A stretch of DNA of 63,393 nt from Actinomycetota bacterium (GTDB lineage Bacteria; Actinomycetota; AC-67). The notes under the pieces are model-generated. The model searched no databases and had not been told where the DNA came from. It was given only the letters and a program-made list of their open reading frames with translations. Where the stretch lies: NCBI GenBank assembly GCA_046565595.1, contig JBKHYG010000017.1, positions 1-63,393 on the forward strand, in the 5' to 3' direction. Made by a program: the position numbers and the translations under genes. Of this stretch, positions 16,974 to 26,366 are shown in pieces (the stretch's first letter is position 1; every line of letters begins with the position of its first letter).

Positions 16974-18271
16974 CCGCGGCTCCCCGCGCCGACCTCGTGG
17001 TACAGGGCACTTGCTATGGACTGTCCGGGCCTCAGTTCAACGACCTGACAGCCAAGCGACGCCGCGACCCGGACGGTCTCCTCGTGATCCTCTTCCCACA
17101 CGAGAGCCACCACCAAGACAGAGACACCCTTGCGAAGCAGGAACTGCAACCGCGCTGCGGTCTCTCTGGAGAGCAGAGGCGTGATGAGGATCGTGTGCGC
17201 GTCGCGCTTGTTGTTGACCAACAGACGCTGGAACACCTCGTCCAACAACTTCTTGGATGGCTCGAGTCGAGCGAAGCCGTCCAGCACCTGCATCGCCGCC
17301 GCGTCTCCTCGGGCCTTCATCGCGAGCATCGGCCCATCGTTGGTCTCGACATTGACCGTGTAGCCCTCGTGCAGGTGTCGAACCGCCAGCGAGGCCGCGG
17401 TACGGACCCCTGCCTCGAAGGATTCGCTCTGCTCTTCTCGAGAGTGGGTGCCCTTGAAGGTGTCGAAGATGATCGTGATCTGGTCGGTGATGCCCTGCTC
17501 GGCTTCGCGTACGAGCATCCGCCCGGTGCGTGCGAAAGCGCGCCAGACGATCCGCCGCAGATCGTCACCGGGCTGGTAGTCGCGCATCCCGTAGAACTCG
17601 AGACCGCTCGGCCAGGGCTTGGAGAACGGAGGACGGATCGGCGGGTCTTCGAAGTGGCGCGTGAGCGGTCGACTGGAGACATGTTCGATGTTCGGATGGA
17701 CCAGCAACTCGAACTCGGGAACGAGGACCTGCTCGCGTTGGGTCAGTCCGATCGGATCGCCCCACCGGACCACCAGTGGTCCCAACTTGTAGACGCCGCG
17801 CCGCTTGCAGTAGAGGCGGTAGGAGTGCTGGATGTCTTCGCCCGCGTGAAGGGTGGCCAGCGGCAACTGCACCGTCGTACCCAGACGGTCGGGCAGTTCC
17901 TCTTCGAGGACGATCGTCGACAGCTTCTTCTTCGCATGCAGGATCAGGTCGATACCCAGCGTCTCGCCGACGCGTGCACGCGCGCGCACATCCGAGCGTT
18001 CGCCGGTCAGCGGAAGGCTACGGCGTCCGGTCAGGTAGACCGTGAGTATCAGACCGACCGCACCGTAGGCGAAGAGATAGAGCGTCTTGCCCGCTACCCA
18101 ATAACCGATCAGCCAGAGGATGACGGCGAGCACGACTCCCAGCAGACCGATCGGCGTCAGGCCGATCTTGCGCTGGATGCGCAGCATCAACGGACGCCAG
18201 GTCTTGGCGGAAGTCGCGGTAGCGATCCCGTCGCTGACGCTCCGTTGGAGCCGCTTGAGCCGACCCTCCAT
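16970..18271 (-). CDS. DUF58 domain-containing protein (MoxR partner, VWA-related)
   Basis: Two N-terminal TM helices and the hallmark 'FYGMRDYQPGDDLRRIVWRAFARTGRMLVRE'. It sits immediately downstream of moxR. Confidence 0.85.
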   Translation of the reverse strand: MEGRLKRLQRSVSDGIATATSAKTWRPLMLRIQRKIGLTPIGLLGVVLAVILWLIGYWVAGKTLYLFAYGAVGLILTVYLTGRRSLPLTGERSDVRARARVGETLGIDLILHAKKKLSTIVLEEELPDRLGTTVQLPLATLHAGEDIQHSYRLYCKRRGVYKLGPLVVRWGDPIGLTQREQVLVPEFELLVHPNIEHVSSRPLTRHFEDPPIRPPFSKPWPSGLEFYGMRDYQPGDDLRRIVWRAFARTGRMLVREAEQGITDQITIIFDTFKGTHSREEQSESFEAGVRTAASLAVRHLHEGYTVNVETNDGPMLAMKARGDAAAMQVLDGFARLEPSKKLLDEVFQRLLVNNKRDAHTILITPLLSRETAARLQFLLRKGVSVLVVALVWEEDHEETVRVAASLGCQVVELRPGQSIASALYHEVGAGSRG

Positions 18272-18296
18272 CTGTTACCTCGTCCCGTCCAGGTCC

Positions 18297-19352
18297 CTAC
18301 TCGTCGGACACGACAGAGCGGTTACCGGTTCCGTCCTTCACATCACCCATGAGAGGAGCCTTGACTCGACCGACGACTCGCTCGATGACCGCCTCGATGT
18401 TCTCGCCGCGCAGGATCGCGTCGGGAGACAGGATGAGACGGTGCGCGAGCACCGGGTTCAAGATCGTCCGCACATCATCTGGGTACACATGGCCACGACC
18501 ATCACTGGCAGCCAGGACGCGTGCAGCGCGCAGCAGGTTGATGGGAGCACGCGGCGATGCGCCCATCGCGAGCCCAGGCTCTTCGCGGGTCGCCTGGCAC
18601 AGATCAACGATGTAGAACTGGACCGCCTCGGAGCATTCGATGGACTCCTGAGCGAATGCGATCATCGCCGCCGCGTCCTCGGTCTCGATGACGGCGCCCA
18701 GGGAGTCGACAGCCAGTTCCTTGGCGTTGGCGGACATGATGATGCGCTCGGCGTCACGACTGGGATAGCCCATCTTCAGCTTGAACATGAAACGGTCGAG
18801 CTGGGCCTCAGGGAGAGGGAAGGTACCCGCCTGCTCGACAGGGTTCTGGGTCGCAAGCACGAGGAAGGGCCGCGGCAGGTTGCGGATAACTCCGTCACCG
18901 GTCACGCGACGCTCTGCCATGGCCTCCAGCAGCGCGGACTGGGTCTTTGGGGTCGCGCGGTTGATCTCGTCAGCCAGGAGGATGTTGGCGAAGATCGGCC
19001 CTTCGTGGAAGACGAACTTCTTCTTCTCTTGGTCGTAGATGCTGGTTCCGGTGATGTCCCCGGGGAGCATGTCCGGCGTGCACTGGATGCGGCCGGCTTC
19101 AGCGTTCAACGACTGCGCTAACGCACGCGCGAGGACGGTCTTGCCGACGCCCGGAACATCCTCGAACAGGATGTGGCCCTCGGAGAGCATCGCGACCAAA
19201 GCGAGACGCGAGACATCGTCCTTACCCTTGACGACGGTGCCGACATTGCTGATGACCGCTTCGAAGACCCGCTGATAGGTCTTCGGATCGAGCCGAGCCG
19301 AACCCCTGCTGCTCGTGGCGCTGGAGCTCCGCTTCTTGGTGGTTGTCGCCAT
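18297..19352 (-). CDS. moxR: MoxR-family AAA+ ATPase
   Basis: Walker A 'DVPGVGKTVLARAL', Walker B 'ILLADEINRATPKTQSALLEAM', and the MoxR-type 'RIQCTPDMLPGDITG' and 'FLVLATQNPVEQAGTFPLPEAQLDRF' segments. Confidence 0.93.
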   Translation of the reverse strand: MATTTKKRSSSATSSRGSARLDPKTYQRVFEAVISNVGTVVKGKDDVSRLALVAMLSEGHILFEDVPGVGKTVLARALAQSLNAEAGRIQCTPDMLPGDITGTSIYDQEKKKFVFHEGPIFANILLADEINRATPKTQSALLEAMAERRVTGDGVIRNLPRPFLVLATQNPVEQAGTFPLPEAQLDRFMFKLKMGYPSRDAERIIMSANAKELAVDSLGAVIETEDAAAMIAFAQESIECSEAVQFYIVDLCQATREEPGLAMGASPRAPINLLRAARVLAASDGRGHVYPDDVRTILNPVLAHRLILSPDAILRGENIEAVIERVVGRVKAPLMGDVKDGTGNRSVVSDE

Positions 19353-19639
19353 CCTCTCCCCTATGTCGCGTGCTGACGCCTAGGCGTCTGGTCATGCCAG
19401 GCCACACCAGGGACGGGAACCAGGACGGGTCGTCCTGCCCCACGACCTCCATGCAACCTTCGTCCCCCTCTGACCACGGACGGCATGAGACGCCTCCCGA
19501 CTCCGAGGGGAAGGCGCCAGAGTAGCGCAGGGAAAGGCGATACCGCCAACGCCCGCGGGCAGGGAAATCGCATCAAGACGGCGAACATCATGTGCGAGCG
19601 TGGCCCATCGCCACCTTTACTTCCAAGGAGGAAACCCCG

Positions 19640-20125
19640 ATGCGATCCATCCGATTCCTGCTGGCAGCCCTGCTGCTCGGCATGCTCGCTCCGGTTGCGG
19701 CACAAGCCGATTATCCGGAAGAGTGCGAATCCCCCATCCGCCTGCTGTCTGGCCGCGGCGTGCTATTCGACTGGGGTGCTGTGAACTGCAGTTATGCCCA
19801 GGAGCCGACCCTAGGTAGCACCTCCATCGTTATCCCTGGCGGAACCCAGATGGTCGTCCGCTTCAACGGCGCGAAGCCGGTGGACGGCATCTCGCAGATG
19901 GGTACCGGCTCGAAGGTCACATACGGTCAGACCACCAAGTACCTGCGGTTCGAGCCTGCCACCGGCGCCGACGGCAACCCGCTGGCTGGACACTGGGACG
20001 CTTCCTTCAGCGTCGGCAATGTCGAAACGGTTAACGCGGGCGAGTACCTCATCTCTGTGATCTCGCCTGAGGGGCTCGAGGGTGCGGATGTCACCTACGA
20101 GCGCTCGTACAGCACCGTCGCCTGA
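19640..20125 (+). CDS. small secreted protein, function unknown
   Basis: ATG at 19640 is preceded by AAGGAGGAAA. Signal peptide 'MRSIRFLLAALLLGMLAPVAAQA'. No family recognised. Confidence 0.6.
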   Translation: MRSIRFLLAALLLGMLAPVAAQADYPEECESPIRLLSGRGVLFDWGAVNCSYAQEPTLGSTSIVIPGGTQMVVRFNGAKPVDGISQMGTGSKVTYGQTTKYLRFEPATGADGNPLAGHWDASFSVGNVETVNAGEYLISVISPEGLEGADVTYERSYSTVA

Positions 20126-20140
20126 TCGATAGGAACATGC

Positions 20141-20166
20141 GAGGAGGGCCCCTAGGGGCCCTCCTC
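20141..20166. terminator. bidirectional hairpin terminator
   Basis: 26-nt perfect palindrome gaggagggcccctaggggccctcctc, between convergent stops at 20125 and 20198. Confidence 0.65.
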
Positions 20167-20197
20167 TTCGTTGCGCTCGCTTTCTCCCGGCCGGGCT

Positions 20198-21628
20198 TCA
20201 GGCCCGGATGGTCTCGTAGGGAGCGACCACCAAGGTGCGGCGATCCTTGGTTCCGCCCAGGGCGAAGACCCGACGGCTCGAGCCGTTGGTCAGGTCTCCC
20301 TCCAGGAGGTTGCCTTCCGGGTTGGCGACGACCTCGAGCTGATAGAAGCCGTTCGGCAGGTCGGTGACATCGAAGGCCTGGCCGAACTGCCCCTGGTGGT
20401 AGGTGTCTCCCCAACCCACGGGCAGGGTCTCGCGGATCGCCACGCTCTCAGGACCTCCGCAGCGGCTGTAGCCGAGTTCACCGGGACGCCAGTTGGCTCC
20501 AGGGACGGTGACGTCCTGAGCATCGGTCGGAGCTAGGCAGAACGACTGCTTGCCGGAGGTCAGCGTGTGCACGCCGTCCGCGTCCAACAGCCTGTATTCG
20601 GCGAAGTCGGTGAAATGCCAGTGGTAGTGGGTCGGATCGTCGTGGAAGATCATCTCCCCGACCTCTTGGGTTCCGATGCGGACCCCGTCGCGGAAGAACG
20701 CCTGATAGGCCCGCATGGTCTCTTCGCCATCTTCCCTGAACGCGTCCACGACCAGAGGAGCGGGACCGGCGTTCCACACCGTCGCGTTGAAGGCGACCAG
20801 GGTCCGACCGAACTCGCGTCGCAGGCCGATGTTCCAGGCCGGCAGGGAGCGCAGGTCAGGCAGCGTCGCCGGGTCGAGATCGGAGGGAGCGCCATCAGGT
20901 CCGTCCGGGACGACCTCGGGCCCACGATCGTCGATCGGGCGGGGCTTACCCGGTCCGGGGCCGCCCCAGTTGGCCTCGTTGATGGTCATCGGATAGCTCA
21001 TCACCTGCGGGGGCAGGCCGAGAGCATCCCGCCAGGGCTTCGTGATCCAGATCCGTACCGCATACGACTGCCTAGCCGGCAGCGGGGCGGTCAACGAGAG
21101 ATAGGGGCTCGCGATCCAGCCTTTCTCGATGCCCCAGACCTGACCTTGCGTGAAGGGGTTGCCGTAGCAGCCGGAATCCGGGTATATCGCCTGGTCAGAG
21201 GCCTCAGCGGTGGCAGGGAAGCGGTCGTATCCCGACGGACAGAAGGACCTTCGGACGCTAGCCAGGGTTCGGCCAGCCCCGTCGACGACCTCCATCCGGA
21301 AGAAGCCGTAGAAGGCCCCGCCCCGCCATCCGCGGATGAGTCCGGCGGGCAGGACGACATCCCCGCTCGGACGCCTCCAAGTGGCGACGATGGGCTCGTC
21401 ATACTTGGGCCTCTGAACGAGGATCTCGAAGTTCTCTCGGTCTGCCTGGACCATGACCGTCGGCGAGATCCAGACCTTTCCGGTCTGCGAGTCGCGCCAG
21501 GCGTCTACGGTCTTGGAACCTCCTCTGAGGCGAAGGGTGGGTGCTTCTTCAGCCTGCGCGCTCGTCGTTCCAACGACCGGGAGCATGCTGAAAGCGGCGA
21601 CGATCGCCGCGAGTCTCGAACGAGACAT
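20198..21628 (-). CDS. secreted lysyl-oxidase-like copper amine oxidase
   Basis: Start at 'MSRSRLAAIVAAFSMLPVVGTTSAQA' (ATG 21628, SD AGGAGGAAC). The C-terminal domain aligns by eye to the LOX catalytic domain: 'THYHWH' (HxHxH Cu site), 'SGKQSFCLAPTD' (LTQ Lys), 'GWGDTYHQGQFGQAFDVTDLPNGFYQLEVVANP' (LTQ Tyr). Confidence 0.8.
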   Translation of the reverse strand: MSRSRLAAIVAAFSMLPVVGTTSAQAEEAPTLRLRGGSKTVDAWRDSQTGKVWISPTVMVQADRENFEILVQRPKYDEPIVATWRRPSGDVVLPAGLIRGWRGGAFYGFFRMEVVDGAGRTLASVRRSFCPSGYDRFPATAEASDQAIYPDSGCYGNPFTQGQVWGIEKGWIASPYLSLTAPLPARQSYAVRIWITKPWRDALGLPPQVMSYPMTINEANWGGPGPGKPRPIDDRGPEVVPDGPDGAPSDLDPATLPDLRSLPAWNIGLRREFGRTLVAFNATVWNAGPAPLVVDAFREDGEETMRAYQAFFRDGVRIGTQEVGEMIFHDDPTHYHWHFTDFAEYRLLDADGVHTLTSGKQSFCLAPTDAQDVTVPGANWRPGELGYSRCGGPESVAIRETLPVGWGDTYHQGQFGQAFDVTDLPNGFYQLEVVANPEGNLLEGDLTNGSSRRVFALGGTKDRRTLVVAPYETIRA

Positions 21629-21747
21629 CGTTCCTCCTGGTGAACCGCGGGGGCCAGCGCTGATCGTCGACCCTCTCGCGTCTGCTAACCGTTCAGACAC
21701 CGGCCGAGCGCTTCCGGTTCCACCGGACGGGAACTCATCCCATGCGA

Positions 21748-21776
21748 GAGGGCTGCCCGCTCGGCGGACAGCCCTC
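21748..21776 (-). terminator. possible hairpin terminator after glnK
   Basis: Imperfect stem gagggctgcccgc/gcggacagccctc (one mismatch) with a 3-nt loop, 28 nt downstream of the glnK stop. There is no U-tract. Confidence 0.35.
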
Positions 21777-21803
21777 AAGATCTCCGTTCGGACGGTCAGT
21801 AGG

Positions 21804-22166
<363 letters not shown>

Positions 22167-22203
22167 TTACCCGGGGAGTTTGCAGCGTATCCGGCTTGCT
22201 GGG

Positions 22204-23424
22204 TCATCCGGCTCGCATAGAACCAGCGTCGCTGGTCACATAGGCGGTCTCCCCATGTTGGGTGAGATCGCAGCCGGTCATCTCCTCTTCCTCCGATACG
22301 CGGAGCCCCACCGTCTTGTCCACGAGCACGATCAGGACGAAGCTCACCACGGCACTGAAGGCCATGGTCGCTAAGACCCCGACACCTTGATCGACGAACT
22401 GACTGAAGTTACCGAACAACCAACCGTCGTCCCCAGCGGGGTTCACGGCGGTCGTCGCGAAGACTCCTGTCAGCATCGCGCCGATCAGACCACCGACCAG
22501 GTGGACGCCGACGACATCCAACGAGTCGTCGTAACGCAACCGCGTCTTGAGTCCGACGGCCAGGTAGCAGACCAGCGCAGCGACGAAACCGATCACAGCC
22601 GCTGCCCATGGCTCGACGAAACCTGCAGCCGGAGTCACCGCGACGAGCCCGCCTACGGCACCGGTTGCCGCGCCGACCGCGGTCGCCTTACCTGCACGCA
22701 ACCGCTCGATCAGGAGCCAGCCGCACAGACCGGCTGCCGCACCGAAGTGCGTCGTAGCGAGCGCGTTGATCGCGACCCCGTCTGCGGCTAGCGCGCTGCC
22801 TGCGTTGAAGCCGAACCAACCGAACCACAGGATGCCTGCGCCGAGCACGGTCATCGGGATGTCGTGCGGAGGCGCGCCGTCCCTTGGGAAACCCTTGCGT
22901 GGCTTCAGATAGATGGCGAACACCAGTGCAGCGATGCCAGCGTTGATGTGTACGACCGTGCCTCCGGCGAAGTCCAGGACTCCCTTGGTGAACAGCCATC
23001 CGTCGCCGTGCCACACCCAGTGCGCGACCGGGGAGTAGACGAGCAACGACCAGAGCACGAAGAACACGACGACCCCACGGAACTTCGCTCGCTCGGCGAA
23101 CGCTCCGCTGATCAGCGCCGGAGTGATGATCGCGAAGGTCATCTGGAAGGTCGCGAAGAGTAGATCGCCGCCTGCGACATTGTTGAAGAAGTAGAAGTCA
23201 CCGCCTCCGATGAATCCGCCCTTGTCGGGCCCGAAGGCGAGCGCGTAGCCGGCTGCCAGCCACACGATCGAGATGACCCCCATGCATACGACCGAGTGCA
23301 TGAAGGTCGACAGAACATTCTTGGAGCGGACGAGTCCGCCATAGAACAACGCCAGGCCTGGCGTCATGAAGAGCACGAGCGCCGTGGCCATGATCAGCCA
23401 AGCGATCGATCCTGAGTCTTCCAT
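22204..23424 (-). CDS. amtB: ammonium transporter (Amt family)
   Basis: 406 aa and polytopic, with '..LVLFMTPGLALFYGGLVRSKN..' and 'DFAGGTVVHINAGIAAL'. SD AGGGGGA lies upstream of the ATG at 23424. Confidence 0.95.
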   Translation of the reverse strand: MEDSGSIAWLIMATALVLFMTPGLALFYGGLVRSKNVLSTFMHSVVCMGVISIVWLAAGYALAFGPDKGGFIGGGDFYFFNNVAGGDLLFATFQMTFAIITPALISGAFAERAKFRGVVVFFVLWSLLVYSPVAHWVWHGDGWLFTKGVLDFAGGTVVHINAGIAALVFAIYLKPRKGFPRDGAPPHDIPMTVLGAGILWFGWFGFNAGSALAADGVAINALATTHFGAAAGLCGWLLIERLRAGKATAVGAATGAVGGLVAVTPAAGFVEPWAAAVIGFVAALVCYLAVGLKTRLRYDDSLDVVGVHLVGGLIGAMLTGVFATTAVNPAGDDGWLFGNFSQFVDQGVGVLATMAFSAVVSFVLIVLVDKTVGLRVSEEEEMTGCDLTQHGETAYVTSDAGSMRAG

Positions 23425-23493
23425 CTCTACGGTTCCCCCTTGGCGAGGGATGGAGTGTGGTCCCCGCCAGGTTCCGAGATTAGATAGTGACCC

Positions 23494-23531
23494 GTTTCGC
23501 TCCCGTAACCCGCCTGTTACGGATGTGTAAA
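23494..23531 (-). promoter_or_regulatory. candidate GlnR-type operator upstream of amtB
   Basis: On the minus strand the sequence reads TTTAC-n6-GTAAC-n6-GTTAC-n6-GAAAC. These are four pentamers at 11-nt spacing, 70-107 nt upstream of the amtB ATG. It matches the actinobacterial GlnR box gTnAc-n6-GaAAc. Confidence 0.45.
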
Positions 23532-23598
23532 GGCTCGGGTAGGTGGATGACGGTCGGCGTCGAACAGATAACCATCGCTTCTAGGGAGGGAGCCCAAG

Positions 23599-24933
23599 AT
23601 GAAGCACAGGTTGTTGATCGCCGCCGGACTCTCCGCGGCCATGGTCTTACCCACCGTCGGACATGCTGCGGATGAGGACCCGACCCCTGGATCTGCTGAG
23701 TGGATCCAGCGTGATCTGGAGAACCAGGCCTACGCGATGCAGCGGCAGGTAGACATGGCGACGAACCCCGCGTTCGGCCACGTCTACTGGACCGAAGCCA
23801 TCCCCGAGTGGGTCGAGGGGTTCGGCGATCAACTCCAGCATCCGGACCAACCCGCGCCCACCCTGTCTCGGGTGTTACCGGGTGAAGCTGCAGATCCGTA
23901 TCGGCGTCACTGGGGTGGTGCGCGTGGGATCATGCAACCCATCGAGTACTACAACGATTGCGGTGCTCGCATCCAGGGAACCGTGTTCGCGCCGAAGACG
24001 ACAGCACGCGACACCGTCACGGGGGATCGCTTCACCTTCCCACTGCCAGGCATCGTCATCACGACCGGATCCATCCAGGGATACGAGGAGATGTACTGGT
24101 GGGCCGCGCAGGGTCTCGCCGAGGCCGGCTACATCGTCATGACCTACGACGTGATGGGCCAAGGCGAATCGTCCTCGAGTGGTTCGGTTCCAGGCTGCAA
24201 CACCGGTTTCGATCGAGGCACCGTGGATGCGCTCGGCTGGTTCCTATCGGATGCCAATCCCATGCGTGGCCTGATAGACGAGGAACTGATCGGGCTAGCT
24301 GGCCATTCGGCTGGCGCGTTCGCGGTTACCTCGGTCGGGAACAGGCCGACCATCCAACTGGGCGGCGCAGATGTCCCGAACCCGGTCGATGCGGTCGTCG
24401 GCTGGGACAACATCTCGCTACCGACCAACACGGCGCCCCGCGTTCCCACGATGGGACAGGCGGCTGAGTACTTCTTCAACCCCACGCCCGCTTTCACCGC
24501 ACCGAATGCGGAGTCGAAGTTGGGGACGTTCAAGCGGTTCGATGAGGCAGGGGTGCCCAGCTATCAGATAGTGCATCGCGGATCCACGCATATGGAGTGG
24601 ACCTTCGTGCCATACATCCTGTCCGCGTCTCGCAAGGGTGAGCGTGTCGCCATGTACTACACGCTGGCGTGGTTCGACCGGTACCTGAAGGGGATCGCGT
24701 CTCCCGAGCATGCTGCCGATGGACTCCGTCGCCTGACTGCGGTGGCCTTCGATGGATCAGCGGATGCGTCTTCGATCGGGGCGGGAACCTGGAGCCCGGA
24801 GGACGGGAACCAGCCGAACATGATCGAGGGTGAACTCGCCTCGGATCACCTGTCGATCTACTACCGCTCCGCCTACTCGCTGCCCGACGCCAGCGTCTCC
24901 TGCTCGAACATGAGGACCGAAACCGACTGTTGA
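23599..24933 (+). CDS. secreted alpha/beta-hydrolase-fold protein
   Basis: Signal peptide 'MKHRLLIAAGLSAAMVLPTVGHA'. Nucleophile elbow 'GLAGHSAGAFA'. SD GGGAGGGA. Substrate unknown. Confidence 0.7.
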   Translation: MKHRLLIAAGLSAAMVLPTVGHAADEDPTPGSAEWIQRDLENQAYAMQRQVDMATNPAFGHVYWTEAIPEWVEGFGDQLQHPDQPAPTLSRVLPGEAADPYRRHWGGARGIMQPIEYYNDCGARIQGTVFAPKTTARDTVTGDRFTFPLPGIVITTGSIQGYEEMYWWAAQGLAEAGYIVMTYDVMGQGESSSSGSVPGCNTGFDRGTVDALGWFLSDANPMRGLIDEELIGLAGHSAGAFAVTSVGNRPTIQLGGADVPNPVDAVVGWDNISLPTNTAPRVPTMGQAAEYFFNPTPAFTAPNAESKLGTFKRFDEAGVPSYQIVHRGSTHMEWTFVPYILSASRKGERVAMYYTLAWFDRYLKGIASPEHAADGLRRLTAVAFDGSADASSIGAGTWSPEDGNQPNMIEGELASDHLSIYYRSAYSLPDASVSCSNMRTETDC

Positions 24934-25026
24934 CCCTCCTTCGCGCCGTCACGCTGGACTCGCTTGGATCGAGCGCGGGGAAGTGATCGATCCTCCCTCC
25001 GCGTAGACGCTACCCTTTAAGGCCTG

Positions 25027-26364
25027 ATGACTTGGACCCCAGACGATTGGCGCGGCCTCTCCGCGCTGCAGCAACCTGATTGGCCCGACCAGGCGGCGGT
25101 AACCACCGCTGCCAAGGAGCTCGCCCAGTGGCCTCCGCTCGTGTTCGCTGGCGAGGTGCGCGACCTCAAGTCTTCGCTGGCTGAGGTCGCGCACGGCAAC
25201 GCGTTCCTGCTGCAGGCCGGCGACTGCGCCGAGTCGTTCCACGACCATTCGGCCTCGCGGGTTCGCGAGATGCTGAAGGTGCTGCTGCAGATGTCGGCGA
25301 TCGTCACATACGCGGCCGGGACGCCTGTGGTCAAGATCGCGCGCACGGCGGGTCAGTACGCGAAGCCGCGCTCGTCGCCGACCGAGACCGTGGACGGGGT
25401 CGAACTGCCGTCGTTCCGCGGACACATCGTCAACTCCGAGGACCCGGACGCGACCGCGAGGATCCCAGACCCGCGCCGCATGCTCGATGCGTACCACCGG
25501 GCGGCCTCGACGCTGAACCTCCTCCGCGCGTTCACCCACGGTGGTTTCGCCGATCTCACGCGCGTGCACGCTTGGAACCAGGAGTTCATCGCGAGTTCGC
25601 CGGAAGGCAAGCGTTTCGAGAAGCTCGCCGCCGAGATCGACCGCGCACTCGATTTCATGCGTGCCATCGGCGTGCAGACCGACGACCCGCGGTTGCATCA
25701 AGTGGATGTTTGGACTTCGCATGAAGCACTGCTGTTGGAGTACGAACAAGCGCTTACGCGCACGGATTCACTGACCGGCGACTGGTACGACTGTTCCGGA
25801 CACATGCTCTGGATCGGCGAGCGGACCCGCGACCCGGATGGCGCACACGTGCGGTTCCTGTCCGGTGTCGGCAACCCGATCGGCTGCAAGGTGGGCCCCA
25901 CGGCAACACCCGAGGATGTGAAGCGCCTATGCGAGGTACTCGACCCGGATAGGGAACCAGGGCGTCTGACCTTGATCAGCCGCATGGGTAAGGACAAGGT
26001 CCGAGACTCGCTGCCCGCGCTCGTCGAGGCGACGCGTGCCGAAGGCTGGCCGGTTATCTGGCAGTGCGACCCGATGCACGGGAACACCTTCACCTCATCC
26101 AACGGGCGCAAGACCCGCAACCTGAGCGACATCGTGAACGAGATCGACGGCTTCTTCGAGGTGCACTCATCGCTCGGGACACACCCGGGAGGCATCCACC
26201 TCGAGATCACCGGCGACGCGGTCACCGAATGCATAGGCGGCGAGACCGCACTCACCGAGGATGATCTTCCTCGGGCTTACTCGACGCTGTGCGATCCCCG
26301 GTTGAACGGTAGGCAAGGGATAGACCTGTCGTTCCATCTCGCTGATCTGATCGTCGGAAGGTGA
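25027..26364 (+). CDS. aroG: class II 3-deoxy-7-phosphoheptulonate (DAHP) synthase
   Basis: 445 aa with class II hallmarks 'WRGLSALQQPDWPD', 'FLLQAGDCAESF', 'RTAGQYAKPRS', 'WIGERTR', 'CDPMHGNT'. Confidence 0.93.
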   Translation: MTWTPDDWRGLSALQQPDWPDQAAVTTAAKELAQWPPLVFAGEVRDLKSSLAEVAHGNAFLLQAGDCAESFHDHSASRVREMLKVLLQMSAIVTYAAGTPVVKIARTAGQYAKPRSSPTETVDGVELPSFRGHIVNSEDPDATARIPDPRRMLDAYHRAASTLNLLRAFTHGGFADLTRVHAWNQEFIASSPEGKRFEKLAAEIDRALDFMRAIGVQTDDPRLHQVDVWTSHEALLLEYEQALTRTDSLTGDWYDCSGHMLWIGERTRDPDGAHVRFLSGVGNPIGCKVGPTATPEDVKRLCEVLDPDREPGRLTLISRMGKDKVRDSLPALVEATRAEGWPVIWQCDPMHGNTFTSSNGRKTRNLSDIVNEIDGFFEVHSSLGTHPGGIHLEITGDAVTECIGGETALTEDDLPRAYSTLCDPRLNGRQGIDLSFHLADLIVGR

Positions 26365-26366
26365 CG

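Noticed and set aside
15132-18352. Long plus-strand ORFs 15132-16826 (564 aa) and 16997-18352 (451 aa), opposite the transglutaminase-like and DUF58 genes
   Set aside because: Their translations are Arg/Gly/Asp/His-rich with no motifs, TM segments or signal peptides. The minus-strand frames carry clear family signatures. These are typical high-GC shadow ORFs.
19343-19525. 60-aa ORF in the moxR upstream intergenic region
   Set aside because: It has a Pro/Ser/Arg-rich translation with no SD, and it overlaps the moxR start. It is treated as non-coding.
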